DNA from: Actinomycetota bacterium
GTDB taxonomy: Bacteria; Actinomycetota; Aquicultoria; SURF-47
NCBI GenBank assembly: GCA_003599235.1
Contig: QZJE01000007.1
Location: 16,585 to 80,584, forward strand
Direction: 5' to 3'
DNA length: 64,000 nt
Made by a program: the position numbers and the translations under genes
In this document: in pieces, positions 19,243 to 28,999 of the stretch
How positions within the stretch are numbered: position 1 is the first letter of the stretch
How the letters are laid out: each line of letters opens with the position of its first letter
Notes under the pieces: model-generated
Seen by the model: only the letters and a program-made list of their open reading frames with translations
Told to the model about the DNA's origin: nothing
Database searches by the model: none

Positions 19243-22200
19243 TTACAGAATAACTAATCTTGCTTTTGCAACTCTTAACTGCTTATTTCCAGCTCTGTCC
19301 GTAGCATACATAAAATATTCATAACTTCCTTTTCTTAATTTAGCTTTAGTCTTGATAATCCTTCTAACACCAATTTTTTGGCATCCAGTTTTTAACGTCT
19401 TGATTTGCTTTTTACCTTTCTTGATAATTATTTTCGTATAAAGTAATCCTCCGGTGAAAGCATCTCTTATCGTAGCCTTAAACTTAACAACCTTGCCTCT
19501 TCTTGCTCTTACATTGTATGCCTTAACCCTGGGCTTACTATTATCAACTACTACAAATAACTTTGTCACTTCTTCATCACCCATTGCATCCATGGCTTTA
19601 GCTGTAATAATATGCGGACCATTTCTTACTTTCCTTGTGTTCCAAATTATAGGATTTCTAAATCCAAAAGCCTTTTCATGGTTATCAAGAAATAACAAAA
19701 TGGTTTTGGGGACAAAGCCATCTAAACTTTCAATATTTATTTTAAAGCGGCCCCCAATATAGGAATTTGAAAGCCCTTTGAACTTTATTCTTGGTAATTT
19801 TTTAACATCCGTTTGCACCTCATTGCTATATGTACTTGCGTTACCAGCATTATCAACTGCCTTTACCCTAAAACTATAACTTTTCTTTTCCATCAGATCA
19901 GCAAATGTATAATTGTTCATATATATGGGCGTATTTACCTGCTGCCAATTGGTGTCGCCAATATTATATTCAAGTAAGTAATAGCTCATCCCAGATAAAC
20001 CTATCTGATCTTGTGATAATAACCAATTTAGATTAATAAAATAATCCCTAGTATGTTTAGGTATTTCTTGCAATAAAGGTGCACTTGGAGATGTCTTATC
20101 AATCTTTAATTCAATTTGTTTGTCTTGCTCTAGATTTCCAGCTTTATCTTGCGAACGATAAGCTAGGTTAGCAATTCCCTCTCGGTTGATACTAAATGCC
20201 GTATCGTAGACCTGCCAAGTAGCCCCGTTATCAAGGCTATACTCTGTCTTTTGTATTCCTAACCCATCAGCATTATCTTGAGCGCTTAAAGATACATTAA
20301 CATCTGAGGTATACCATCCATTATCTCCTTTGGCGCCTGAAATAATTATAGAAGTAACAGGAGAAGTTGTATCGGTAATCATAATCTTTGCCTCTAAGCT
20401 GCTCTCTAAATTACCTGTTTTGGCAACAACTTTAATGTTATGTAACCCCAATTTTTGTGACCCTAAATCATAACTAAATGATTGATATCCATTTACCGAA
20501 ACACCATTTGATATCACTTGGTTATTATCAATAATAACTTGAATATTTGCGCTAGATTGCTGGCTGGAAAAAACATCGTAGCTAAGCTTTACAGCATCGG
20601 CTGGGCAATATAACGGCTTGTCTGTTTTAATCGACGTTAGTGAAATACCTGTAATATCAAAATACTGGGTTCCACTATCCAAAACTACTCCGTTTTTGAC
20701 TATCCAATAACATAGTTTATGAATACCTAGTGTATTTGTATCCAGCTCTAAATCATAACTAAAGTCATTTTTGCCAGCGTTTAATTGCCTATTGGTATCC
20801 ATAACTTTTGTTTCTTTGCCGGTAGGATCATATATTGAAGCAATAAACTTGCCATCGAAAGCTGATTCACAATCAGCTTTGAAGTTTAGCTTTAACGTAT
20901 CTTGCGGATTATAAACACTCTTATCCAACGAAGAATCATTTATTGTTAAGTCGAGACTGTCGACATCAATGAAGATTTGCCCACTTTCACCATCTAAACT
21001 GTAATCGACGGGATAGGTTCCGCCCTTAAGTTCCTGCGGCAATTGGAAGTTAAAGGAAGTATCGCCAGAAATCGTCAGGTCTTTAATATAATTAGGTGCA
21101 TTAACTTTTAAAGTGCCTGGTTTGCTTGATTTTACTTCTATATTTACAGTGTCTCCAGGATTATAAACGCTTTTATCAGCAATCAAGCTTAAAGTATTGT
21201 TCTCTTGCCTTGCGTAAAGACTGTTTAGATATAATGCCCTGCCGGTACTTGCATATACTCCATAGGAGATTTTCTCCTCACCCTTATTAAGTGGAATATC
21301 TAAAGTAACTTGCTTGCTTCCATTAAGAATAAAGTTATCTGTTTTAGCTTCATTGTCACCGGATGATGCTTTCGCATAAACTTCAATTTCAGGCAACGTG
21401 CTTTCGTTAATAATGTCTAGCGTAATAAATGCATGGTCGCCTACCATATATACATCTTTATTAAGAGTAGCTTCTGTATTTATTTTGATACCCTTGATTT
21501 GGTAATCAATAGTTCTTTGCTCTTGACCTGCTAAATTATAAATTGCAGGATAACTTTTTTCCTCTAGATCGATAGGTGTGTTAAAAATAACCTGAATTTC
21601 TTTTTCTTCTCCAGGTTGAATATATTCGTACTTTTTATCGGTAAAAATACCGGTTGAATCGAAATCTAATTCTGCTTGAGCTTCGATGTTGCCAGTATTT
21701 TTAACCTTAAAATTAAAGGTAGCTTGTTCGCCAGTAGTAAAGCTAAGGTTTTGAGGCTCCTGGGTTATAGTAAAATGTGCAGGCTTAATTTCGACTGGGA
21801 TACTAGTGTTAGCTAAAACCGTACCATCAACTCCAATGGCTTCAACTAAAATATCATGCCTGCCCGGTGTTGCCGCCGCTGTTCGTAAGGCTGAATCGGT
21901 ATTTTTGCTTTCGCCGGCAGCAACTTCTACCTCGATTTCTGTAGAATCGAAAGTAGCGCCAGTCTTTAACTTCCCACAAAATGAACCAAATCCGCCATTT
22001 GTTAGCTTAGTAGTGAATGTGATTTTGCCATCTGGTGTTGGAGTTAGATTAAAACTCGTATTTAAACTAATATCGTTTTCTTTAAGCACCTTTACTGAGC
22101 TACTACCGGAAAATAGCGATGATTGATAGGCTAAATAATAAGTACCTGCATTTTGGGGACTAAACGTAACTGTACTATCATATACATTTCCTTTCGGAAC

Positions 22201-25200
22201 ATAAACGCTTTTGATTACAGATTCATTATTGAGACTAAAAGCAACGTCAAAAGAGCTGTCTATTAAGCCTGAGTTGGTAATACTAAAAGGTATCTCAATA
22301 ATTTTTCCTTGGCCATAGTACTCTTTTTGATTAAGTGCAATGTCGTCTTTTTCTCCAAAAGACACAGTTTTTGTTTGAGTTAAAGTAACATCTCCTGTTA
22401 GTTCTGCTTTAAACTCCGTATTCTTATTAATAGCAACCGAATAATCGACAATTTTTTGCTCGCCTGGCTGCAGAGTAATATTTTCTTGCTTTAGAATTCC
22501 ATTGTTATCTGAAAAAGCGAGGTCGCCACTAAACTCAATATCAGCAGCATTTTTAATAGTAGCGGTTAAGACAAAGGGGCTTATCCCGACCATCGAAGGA
22601 GCTTCAAAAGTTAACTCTGCTTTAGGCTGGATTATTTTTACCGACTCGTCGACAGTAGCATCAACAAACGTAGCTTTAAGATTAAAACTATCAGCTGCAG
22701 TAGTTGTGCAAGAAAAAGGCTTACTTTCGCCAGATGATAGATAAGAAATATTTTCTGTATAAATTACTTCCTGATTTTTATATATATTTAGCACTTTGTT
22801 TTCCAGTGGCAACTCTGCACTATTCTTTAATTGACCAGTAATAGTTATTGTTTCATTTGGCTTAAAGGCTTTTTTGTCAGCATTTAGAGATAACTCTGTT
22901 TTGCCTGGAAAGATATAGAAAGGATAGATACTCTTGGCAATTGTTTGACCGTTGCTGGATTTCAAAGTCTCTTGTAGATACAACTTACCTGTTGCGTCTA
23001 TTGAGCCTATTGCTTCACTGATATTTGATGTTTCATTAGGCGCTAGACTGATAGGCATTTGTTTTTGCCAGAATGTTTCTTTTGGTGATCCAGGATTAAA
23101 CAAATATACGCTAGAAGTCCCATTTTCATCTTCTTGCCAGACAACATTATTGCCCGAAACACTAGGAGAATATTGGTCTGAAGAGTCAGAAGTAACTCTG
23201 AACTCCGTTCTTGTTTCTAGATCATAACCGTAAACATCTTTATTTCCGTTTCGATTATCAGTCCAAGCAATCATATTCCCGTCTATAGTTGGTTCGGTTT
23301 GGTCGGAAGCATTACTGGTAATTCGCTGTTCTTTTTGAGTTGTAATACCGTATACATAAATATCCCAATTGCCATTTCTATTATCTTGATAAACGATTGT
23401 ATCCCCTGATATTGAAGGTAAAAGCTGCTCAAAGCTATCACTAGTTAAATTGCGCCTTGTGTTGGTAATAGTATTGAGTAAATAAATATCATCATTAAAA
23501 CTCCAAACAATATTGTTATTATCTATAGATGGAGAAAGGCCTAATCCAATCCCCCTCAACTCTCCTGTTAACATGTTGAATGTAGTAATTTCACCAAAAA
23601 AATCTGCCCAAACAACCGTATCTTCATAAATATCTGGATCTATACAAGGAGATTGGTAGGAATTACTTAGTTCCCTCATTTTATTGGTTATTAGGTCATA
23701 TGATATAATTTCAAGCCCGCCACCATTAGTTCCCCCTGACCAGACCATCATATCGCCCGATATTGCCAGTTTATTGTCACCTAAGAGTGGTTCCATACAG
23801 ATACCGGTATCTATTCTTCGTTTCTCTTTCATTTGCAAATCATAAACACACAAGCTATTAGATAAATCTGAAGACTCAGCCCAAATTGCCCTATTGTTGT
23901 CTACGACAGGCATTACTTGCTCTGAAACACTGGTTCCCATAGATGCATTGCTATTAACTTGGCTTGCTGTATTATCGTCAATGTCATACATGAAAATATC
24001 AGCATTGCCGTTTCTGTAGTCTTCCCATACTAGTATTTCGCCTTGTACATCTGGTGATATCTGCATCGCCCCTGAGGAATCTATTCTTTGGGTTGTTTTA
24101 GTCTCAATATCATAAACACATACTTTCCATCCATATGGCATATCCTCAGTTGAACAATCTGTCCAAACAACCTTATCATCCGACAAACAAGGAGTTGAGG
24201 GTTCATAAAATGATAAATGCTGTACTTCTGCAATCCTTTCTTCCGTTCCTGAAAGAAAGTCATACAAATACAAATAGTGCTTGTTATCTTCCGTTCTAAA
24301 CCACATAGCTTTATTATTTGTAATCGCTAATTTCTCATAGTTAGCATAACCACATGAGTAATCACTGCTTATTTGTGATGCAGATTTTGACTCTAAATCG
24401 TACATAACTACGCTGGGTTTTGAGGTTCGATTATCGACAAAAAGTAATCTATTTCCAGAGATAGCTGGTTTATTTTGGTTATTATAATAATCAGGCCATA
24501 ACACTTCCTCTGTTTTAGTAACTAAATCAAAAATGCATACTTTGTTTACAAAGCCCATGGATCTGATACCTACTACTCGATTACCTGAAATTACCGCATC
24601 GTTATAGCTGTAAGGCAGCTTGTATTGACCTTTATTAGCCAAATCATAGACATATATAGAATTGTTTTCATTCCACAAAATGTTATTTTCAAAGATCTGG
24701 ATATCTGAAATAAAATCACTGGTAGATGCAGCTACTTTACTTTCCTCTCTACTTCCAAAATCATACAAATAAATCTCATCCCTGCTACTGCGATTATCTA
24801 CCCAAACCACTTTGTTCTGCCATACTGCAGGGTCTCTTTGTTTTGCTAGTTGTGGGCCACAATCCAGTTTTGTTTTTGGGCCTGCCATTATTCCTAATCC
24901 GTCTTTGAATACTTGTAAGCTTAAAGATCCATTGTCAACTTGGTTGGAACCATTAATTATGTTGGTTAGACTGTTAGCTATTTGGCCATGTAAATAGGCA
25001 GTTTTATCTGTCCTAACAATCATCTCAGCATTTGCACCATCTATAAATATCTTTTCGTAAATCTTAGCTTTCTCGCCAGTAGAAAGATTAGTAAAATTTG
25101 CCTTTAAATAATAATCCCCTCTAACAACCTCTTGTGGAATACTAAAATTGATACTTTGCTCTTCTCCAGCTTTGACACTACTAGCTCCTGACTGGATGTT

Positions 25201-28200
25201 TAGGATATCTTGCCCAAAAGAACCATGTAAGTTTATTTCATATATATAGTCCGTATCAACACCGCCAGTATTTTCTAAATTCACCGTAACATCATCACCA
25301 GGATGGTAATTGCCATCCGATAAATCGGTTTGCAATAATGCGGCTGGGGTATATATTTTGCAATCAGTGCTCGTAAAACTAGTTCCTATCTGTAAAGAAA
25401 CACGAACATTGTGTTGTCCGGGTAGCAAATCCTCGCTTAGTTCCACAGGGATACTTAATGGAGTAACCGAATTTGATTTTGAGAACAACTGATATTGTTG
25501 TAAATAATTGTCATCGATTGCAAAAGATACTACGACATTCTCATAATCGAAACTACCGTCGTTAACTATATCTATGGGCCAATTAACAAAATCTCTTATC
25601 TTAAAGATATTCTTTTGCTGTTTGGAAAACACTCTTGCAGATGAAGAAATGGTACTCGAATAGAGGGGGCTGTTATCAATTGAGTAATTGAATTTGTAAT
25701 TGCCCAGTTCTACCTCTGGGAAATTAGGATAAAAATCAATAATTTTCGTCTCTCTACCTATAACAATTGGTTTACTCTCACTAAATAACTCAATATTCAA
25801 AGGGTTAATGACTGAGAGGTTTATTTCACCATCATAATAAGCACCCTCATTACCAAAAGTAATCTGTGTTGAATTGCGCCCTACGTGTAAACTTGGAATG
25901 TTTTGATTATTTACTTTTATGTCTGGTTTACAGAATATTTTTATTTTATTAATTGACTTGTTTTTTAAAGATCTATTAATTAGTATTTCAGTGTTAATTT
26001 GGTAATTTCCTGTTTTAGTTGATATATCTTTAAGAATTAATTCGTCCGAAGCAACATACAAATCATTGGCATTTAAAATAATTGGCCGAGTTATTGATTT
26101 AATAACCTTATTATCAGGATCAGTTATTTTCGTTAATAAATTGCATACCAAGCTGTAGCCGTAAGGGTTAGAAATTTGATTTGTCAAAGTCATGTTTTCG
26201 GATATATCGAAAGCATCTTTATTAGTCGTTTGCTTCATTTCTAAATCAGGGAAAAAAGAGAGGATTTCCTTGACACAAGTAGACGAGCAACTATCATCAA
26301 TAGACTTAGCCGAAAGACAAAACAACTCGTTACTAGCTATGTTAGTTGCTATGAAACCCACAACTGCACTTTGTTCTGCCTTAATGAGTACAGTATCCTC
26401 TAAATGATCAATCTGGGTGCCTGCATATCTTTTTAGATATTTTACATTTATCCATGTATCATGTTCGCTATTGTTGTAAACCGTTGCAGTAACTGGTACT
26501 GAGCAACCCTGAGGATAGAATTTATTAGGGTCGTTGATGCTAATACTTATTTTAGATGGGATATTGACTCCCTCTTGTGGTTCAATAGAGGAAAATCTTT
26601 TCCCTTCAGATTGGGGCTGTATTATCTCATCATTAACCCCATGTAATTCATAATCGATATAGTTAATTCCTAAATTATTAGATATTGGATTGCTCTCATA
26701 TTCAATACTTGTTGTTTCTCCAGCATCAAGATTTATATCAACAACCCTATTTGCTACTGGCTTTCTATCCCTATTAGTTAATATAAGCTTCACTTTTTTG
26801 GCCGAATACTTTGTTAAGTTTTTTATGTATTGTGAAACAGCTAGCGCTTCATTGGCTTTTACAACTTGAATGTTTTCATTTGGGTTCTTTGCCCAGGATA
26901 TTATGTCTTCAAATAATGTTCTTTCAGAGGATGATATTGAACGCATCCCGTAAGACCAATCTAGCATTGATGAAGTAACAATAATCATTCCCTTATTGTA
27001 TGGATAAGCGACAATATCAGGCATATTATTTGCAACTCTCATCGACAGTATTTCAGAGTTGCTGGGGCAGTTATATAAATAACCGTCAACCGGTAAATTT
27101 AAGACCGTGCTAGTTTGCCCCGAAAAAATTGGATGAATTTTTGATATTCTTGTTGAATCACCGTAACAGCTAATGTCTTCACGCCAGCCTGCTCCGCTAA
27201 TATTGCCAGGTAAAGCATTAAAATAGCGGCCGTATTGTTGGTCGAAGCAAATAATTGTCCCGCCTTCTTCTGCACATTTTTTGAGCTTTTCTTTAAATAC
27301 TTCGGAGGTATCTAGGCCTGTTAAACCTCCTGTTGGAATTATTAGGATTTGATTGCTCTTTGAGGAAGTAGGATCAAACTCTTCCGGAGTTACATCTATA
27401 TAGGGCTCGTTTATGTTATCTAAGAACTTTCTATCGGCAAAATAAAACCCCGTTTTCAGTAATTGGATATCGGGTGTTGCCTTCCAGTCGGCACTTATTT
27501 GTAAAGCATTGTTATTGATATCCCTGCTTAAATTACTAATTACCTTTTCTTGATTATCTAATTCTTCTTTACTGGCACCGCTTCCTTGAAGTACTTGATA
27601 TTTTTCTAGTTCATCAAGCATCCGCTTGGATTTAAGAAAGCTGTTAAGTGTACCTTTTTTAACAGCTAACCGTAAAAATTTATTCATCTCTTGTTTTAAT
27701 GATGTGAAGTCCGTGTTTACAATACTGGAACTAGAGTAGTTATCATCAGGATGATCATTTCCCGGATGGTCCAGAAGATGGTTAGAATAAACAAAATCCT
27801 CTATTAAACTCTTTACCGAGCCAATAGCCGCAGGCGCTAACTCATCTAAATACCATTTATTTACAGCTTCACCATCTTCCCCGCTTAAATCGTACGGATA
27901 TAAACCAAGTGGAAAATATTCAACCCAAGTTTGTCGGAAAGGAGATAATGTTAGATTAGTGAAGCTGTTGTGTAATTGAAAATCATAGTCCGCGGTGCGC
28001 CATAAGCTTCTGTCAAAAGTATAGTAAGCCATAGATCTAAGACTTAATGAACCACTTGGACGTGTTGAATTTTCCCAATGTGCTTTGAAGTAATCTTCTG
28101 TACTATCCCCACCGATAATAGAACCATGCGGTTTTGAATGAACATGAGATGGCGAGGCCATGTCTTCAAGTAAATGAGCAGCCCTACCTAATGAATAAAA

Positions 28201-28542
28201 TGCATTACTGACCATACCTTTACTGGCTAAATTATCAGCCTCATCCTTGTTAGTGTTAAACCTGCGGAGTGCCGTTAAATAAGTGTCTCCTAACCACCCT
28301 TGGCCAGTATAAGGATTATATCCATGATACATCCACCAAGCTGCCTGATCTTCATCAGAAGAACCATCAGCTAATTTTTGCTTGTTTGATCTTACAATCT
28401 CCGAGCTTACATAATCAGCAGCAATTGAAGTCATATTCTTGTGAATGCCAGGATCATGAGCTTTGACTTTGTTGGTCAAGATAATAGGCATAATTAAGAT
28501 GATTATTAATATTGCAAAAGCCTTTAAAATTATACTTTTCAT
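19243..28542 (-). CDS. Giant secreted/cell-surface multidomain protein (3099 aa)
   Basis: Single uninterrupted 9.3-kb ORF. Residues 1-25 form a signal peptide/TM. Residues ~28-270 (nt ~27732..28461) resemble Bacillus cereus Zn-dependent PC-PLC (AFYSLGRAAHLLEDMASPSHVHS against AFFYLGLSLHYLGDVNQPMHAAN). Residues ~390-560 are an unknown alpha/beta domain. Residues ~570-1230 and ~1850-2730 carry many CARDB/Ig-like beta-sandwich repeats. Residues ~1235-1815 (nt ~23100..24840) hold about 14 PD40 beta-propeller repeats (xVWxDxRNGNxDIYxYDL). Residues ~2735-2815 are a Big/OmpL47-type Ig-like domain (GWYTSDVNVSL...TEYSLDNGATWQ). Residues ~2818-2912 are an FN3 domain. The C-terminal ~90 residues form a lysine/arginine-rich tail. 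Confidence 0.8.
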   Translation of the reverse strand: MKSIILKAFAILIIILIMPIILTNKVKAHDPGIHKNMTSIAADYVSSEIVRSNKQKLADGSSDEDQAAWWMYHGYNPYTGQGWLGDTYLTALRRFNTNKDEADNLASKGMVSNAFYSLGRAAHLLEDMASPSHVHSKPHGSIIGGDSTEDYFKAHWENSTRPSGSLSLRSMAYYTFDRSLWRTADYDFQLHNSFTNLTLSPFRQTWVEYFPLGLYPYDLSGEDGEAVNKWYLDELAPAAIGSVKSLIEDFVYSNHLLDHPGNDHPDDNYSSSSIVNTDFTSLKQEMNKFLRLAVKKGTLNSFLKSKRMLDELEKYQVLQGSGASKEELDNQEKVISNLSRDINNNALQISADWKATPDIQLLKTGFYFADRKFLDNINEPYIDVTPEEFDPTSSKSNQILIIPTGGLTGLDTSEVFKEKLKKCAEEGGTIICFDQQYGRYFNALPGNISGAGWREDISCYGDSTRISKIHPIFSGQTSTVLNLPVDGYLYNCPSNSEILSMRVANNMPDIVAYPYNKGMIIVTSSMLDWSYGMRSISSSERTLFEDIISWAKNPNENIQVVKANEALAVSQYIKNLTKYSAKKVKLILTNRDRKPVANRVVDINLDAGETTSIEYESNPISNNLGINYIDYELHGVNDEIIQPQSEGKRFSSIEPQEGVNIPSKISISINDPNKFYPQGCSVPVTATVYNNSEHDTWINVKYLKRYAGTQIDHLEDTVLIKAEQSAVVGFIATNIASNELFCLSAKSIDDSCSSTCVKEILSFFPDLEMKQTTNKDAFDISENMTLTNQISNPYGYSLVCNLLTKITDPDNKVIKSITRPIILNANDLYVASDELILKDISTKTGNYQINTEILINRSLKNKSINKIKIFCKPDIKVNNQNIPSLHVGRNSTQITFGNEGAYYDGEINLSVINPLNIELFSESKPIVIGRETKIIDFYPNFPEVELGNYKFNYSIDNSPLYSSTISSSARVFSKQQKNIFKIRDFVNWPIDIVNDGSFDYENVVVSFAIDDNYLQQYQLFSKSNSVTPLSIPVELSEDLLPGQHNVRVSLQIGTSFTSTDCKIYTPAALLQTDLSDGNYHPGDDVTVNLENTGGVDTDYIYEINLHGSFGQDILNIQSGASSVKAGEEQSINFSIPQEVVRGDYYLKANFTNLSTGEKAKIYEKIFIDGANAEMIVRTDKTAYLHGQIANSLTNIINGSNQVDNGSLSLQVFKDGLGIMAGPKTKLDCGPQLAKQRDPAVWQNKVVWVDNRSSRDEIYLYDFGSREESKVAASTSDFISDIQIFENNILWNENNSIYVYDLANKGQYKLPYSYNDAVISGNRVVGIRSMGFVNKVCIFDLVTKTEEVLWPDYYNNQNKPAISGNRLLFVDNRTSKPSVVMYDLESKSASQISSDYSCGYANYEKLAITNNKAMWFRTEDNKHYLYLYDFLSGTEERIAEVQHLSFYEPSTPCLSDDKVVWTDCSTEDMPYGWKVCVYDIETKTTQRIDSSGAMQISPDVQGEILVWEDYRNGNADIFMYDIDDNTASQVNSNASMGTSVSEQVMPVVDNNRAIWAESSDLSNSLCVYDLQMKEKRRIDTGICMEPLLGDNKLAISGDMMVWSGGTNGGGLEIISYDLITNKMRELSNSYQSPCIDPDIYEDTVVWADFFGEITTFNMLTGELRGIGLGLSPSIDNNNIVWSFNDDIYLLNTITNTRRNLTSDSFEQLLPSISGDTIVYQDNRNGNWDIYVYGITTQKEQRITSNASDQTEPTIDGNMIAWTDNRNGNKDVYGYDLETRTEFRVTSDSSDQYSPSVSGNNVVWQEDENGTSSVYLFNPGSPKETFWQKQMPISLAPNETSNISEAIGSIDATGKLYLQETLKSSNGQTIAKSIYPFYIFPGKTELSLNADKKAFKPNETITITGQLKNSAELPLENKVLNIYKNQEVIYTENISYLSSGESKPFSCTTTAADSFNLKATFVDATVDESVKIIQPKAELTFEAPSMVGISPFVLTATIKNAADIEFSGDLAFSDNNGILKQENITLQPGEQKIVDYSVAINKNTEFKAELTGDVTLTQTKTVSFGEKDDIALNQKEYYGQGKIIEIPFSITNSGLIDSSFDVAFSLNNESVIKSVYVPKGNVYDSTVTFSPQNAGTYYLAYQSSLFSGSSSVKVLKENDISLNTSFNLTPTPDGKITFTTKLTNGGFGSFCGKLKTGATFDSTEIEVEVAAGESKNTDSALRTAAATPGRHDILVEAIGVDGTVLANTSIPVEIKPAHFTITQEPQNLSFTTGEQATFNFKVKNTGNIEAQAELDFDSTGIFTDKKYEYIQPGEEKEIQVIFNTPIDLEEKSYPAIYNLAGQEQRTIDYQIKGIKINTEATLNKDVYMVGDHAFITLDIINESTLPEIEVYAKASSGDNEAKTDNFILNGSKQVTLDIPLNKGEEKISYGVYASTGRALYLNSLYARQENNTLSLIADKSVYNPGDTVNIEVKSSKPGTLKVNAPNYIKDLTISGDTSFNFQLPQELKGGTYPVDYSLDGESGQIFIDVDSLDLTINDSSLDKSVYNPQDTLKLNFKADCESAFDGKFIASIYDPTGKETKVMDTNRQLNAGKNDFSYDLELDTNTLGIHKLCYWIVKNGVVLDSGTQYFDITGISLTSIKTDKPLYCPADAVKLSYDVFSSQQSSANIQVIIDNNQVISNGVSVNGYQSFSYDLGSQKLGLHNIKVVAKTGNLESSLEAKIMITDTTSPVTSIIISGAKGDNGWYTSDVNVSLSAQDNADGLGIQKTEYSLDNGATWQVYDTAFSINREGIANLAYRSQDKAGNLEQDKQIELKIDKTSPSAPLLQEIPKHTRDYFINLNWLLSQDQIGLSGMSYYLLEYNIGDTNWQQVNTPIYMNNYTFADLMEKKSYSFRVKAVDNAGNASTYSNEVQTDVKKLPRIKFKGLSNSYIGGRFKINIESLDGFVPKTILLFLDNHEKAFGFRNPIIWNTRKVRNGPHIITAKAMDAMGDEEVTKLFVVVDNSKPRVKAYNVRARRGKVVKFKATIRDAFTGGLLYTKIIIKKGKKQIKTLKTGCQKIGVRRIIKTKAKLRKGSYEYFMYATDRAGNKQLRVAKARLVIL

Positions 28543-28826
28543 TTATTTTTTCTTTTTTGAATTAGCAGTCCAAATACAGCACCAATTAATAAATAAATCG
28601 TTGTCCCCAATATAGGAATATAGAGTTGATAAAAAATCGGGTTTTCAAAGGCAGATGGGAAAAAAACTAGTCCAATGATAAATAATGGAAGATCGAACAC
28701 TATTGCAAACAATGCTGATAGATTGAACTCACCAGTCGTAAAATTAGTAAATAAAATAAGCGAAACAACAAGATGTGTTAGCCCAAATACAATTGCATAT
28801 TTTTGCCATAGTTTCAAACGTTTCAT
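28539..28826 (-). CDS. Small three-TM membrane protein translationally coupled to the giant protein
   Basis: 95 aa with three hydrophobic helices and a KRKNK tail. Its stop overlaps the ATG of the giant ORF (ATGA). Confidence 0.5.
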   Translation of the reverse strand: MKRLKLWQKYAIVFGLTHLVVSLILFTNFTTGEFNLSALFAIVFDLPLFIIGLVFFPSAFENPIFYQLYIPILGTTIYLLIGAVFGLLIQKRKNK

Positions 28827-28999
28827 GACTCTCCTGTCTCTTACCTAACTACCAACCGCTTGCAGTAATTATACCATCGCCATAGTAGGTTTTGCGATGA
28901 TTAATTTTGGTCAACTACCTATAGATTGATAATACTGCCAAATAGAGTTTGTAGTGAACCCTAAAAATTAGGGTATTTTTTGGTTAATAGTTGGGGTAT

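Noticed and set aside
23100-24840. Possible DNA-level tandem repeat in the PD40 propeller region
   Set aside because: The repeats are evident at the protein level (about 45-aa blades), but the nucleotide sequences are divergent. They are not a DNA tandem repeat or a sign of recent duplication.
28955-28985. Hairpin ACCCTAA-AAA-TTAGGGT followed by ATTTTTTGG (plus-strand terminator-like)
   Set aside because: The T-tract is on the plus strand, but both flanking genes are minus-strand. In minus-strand sense no U-tract follows, so it is unlikely to be a functional terminator. It may be promoter-region structure for the small-TM/giant operon.
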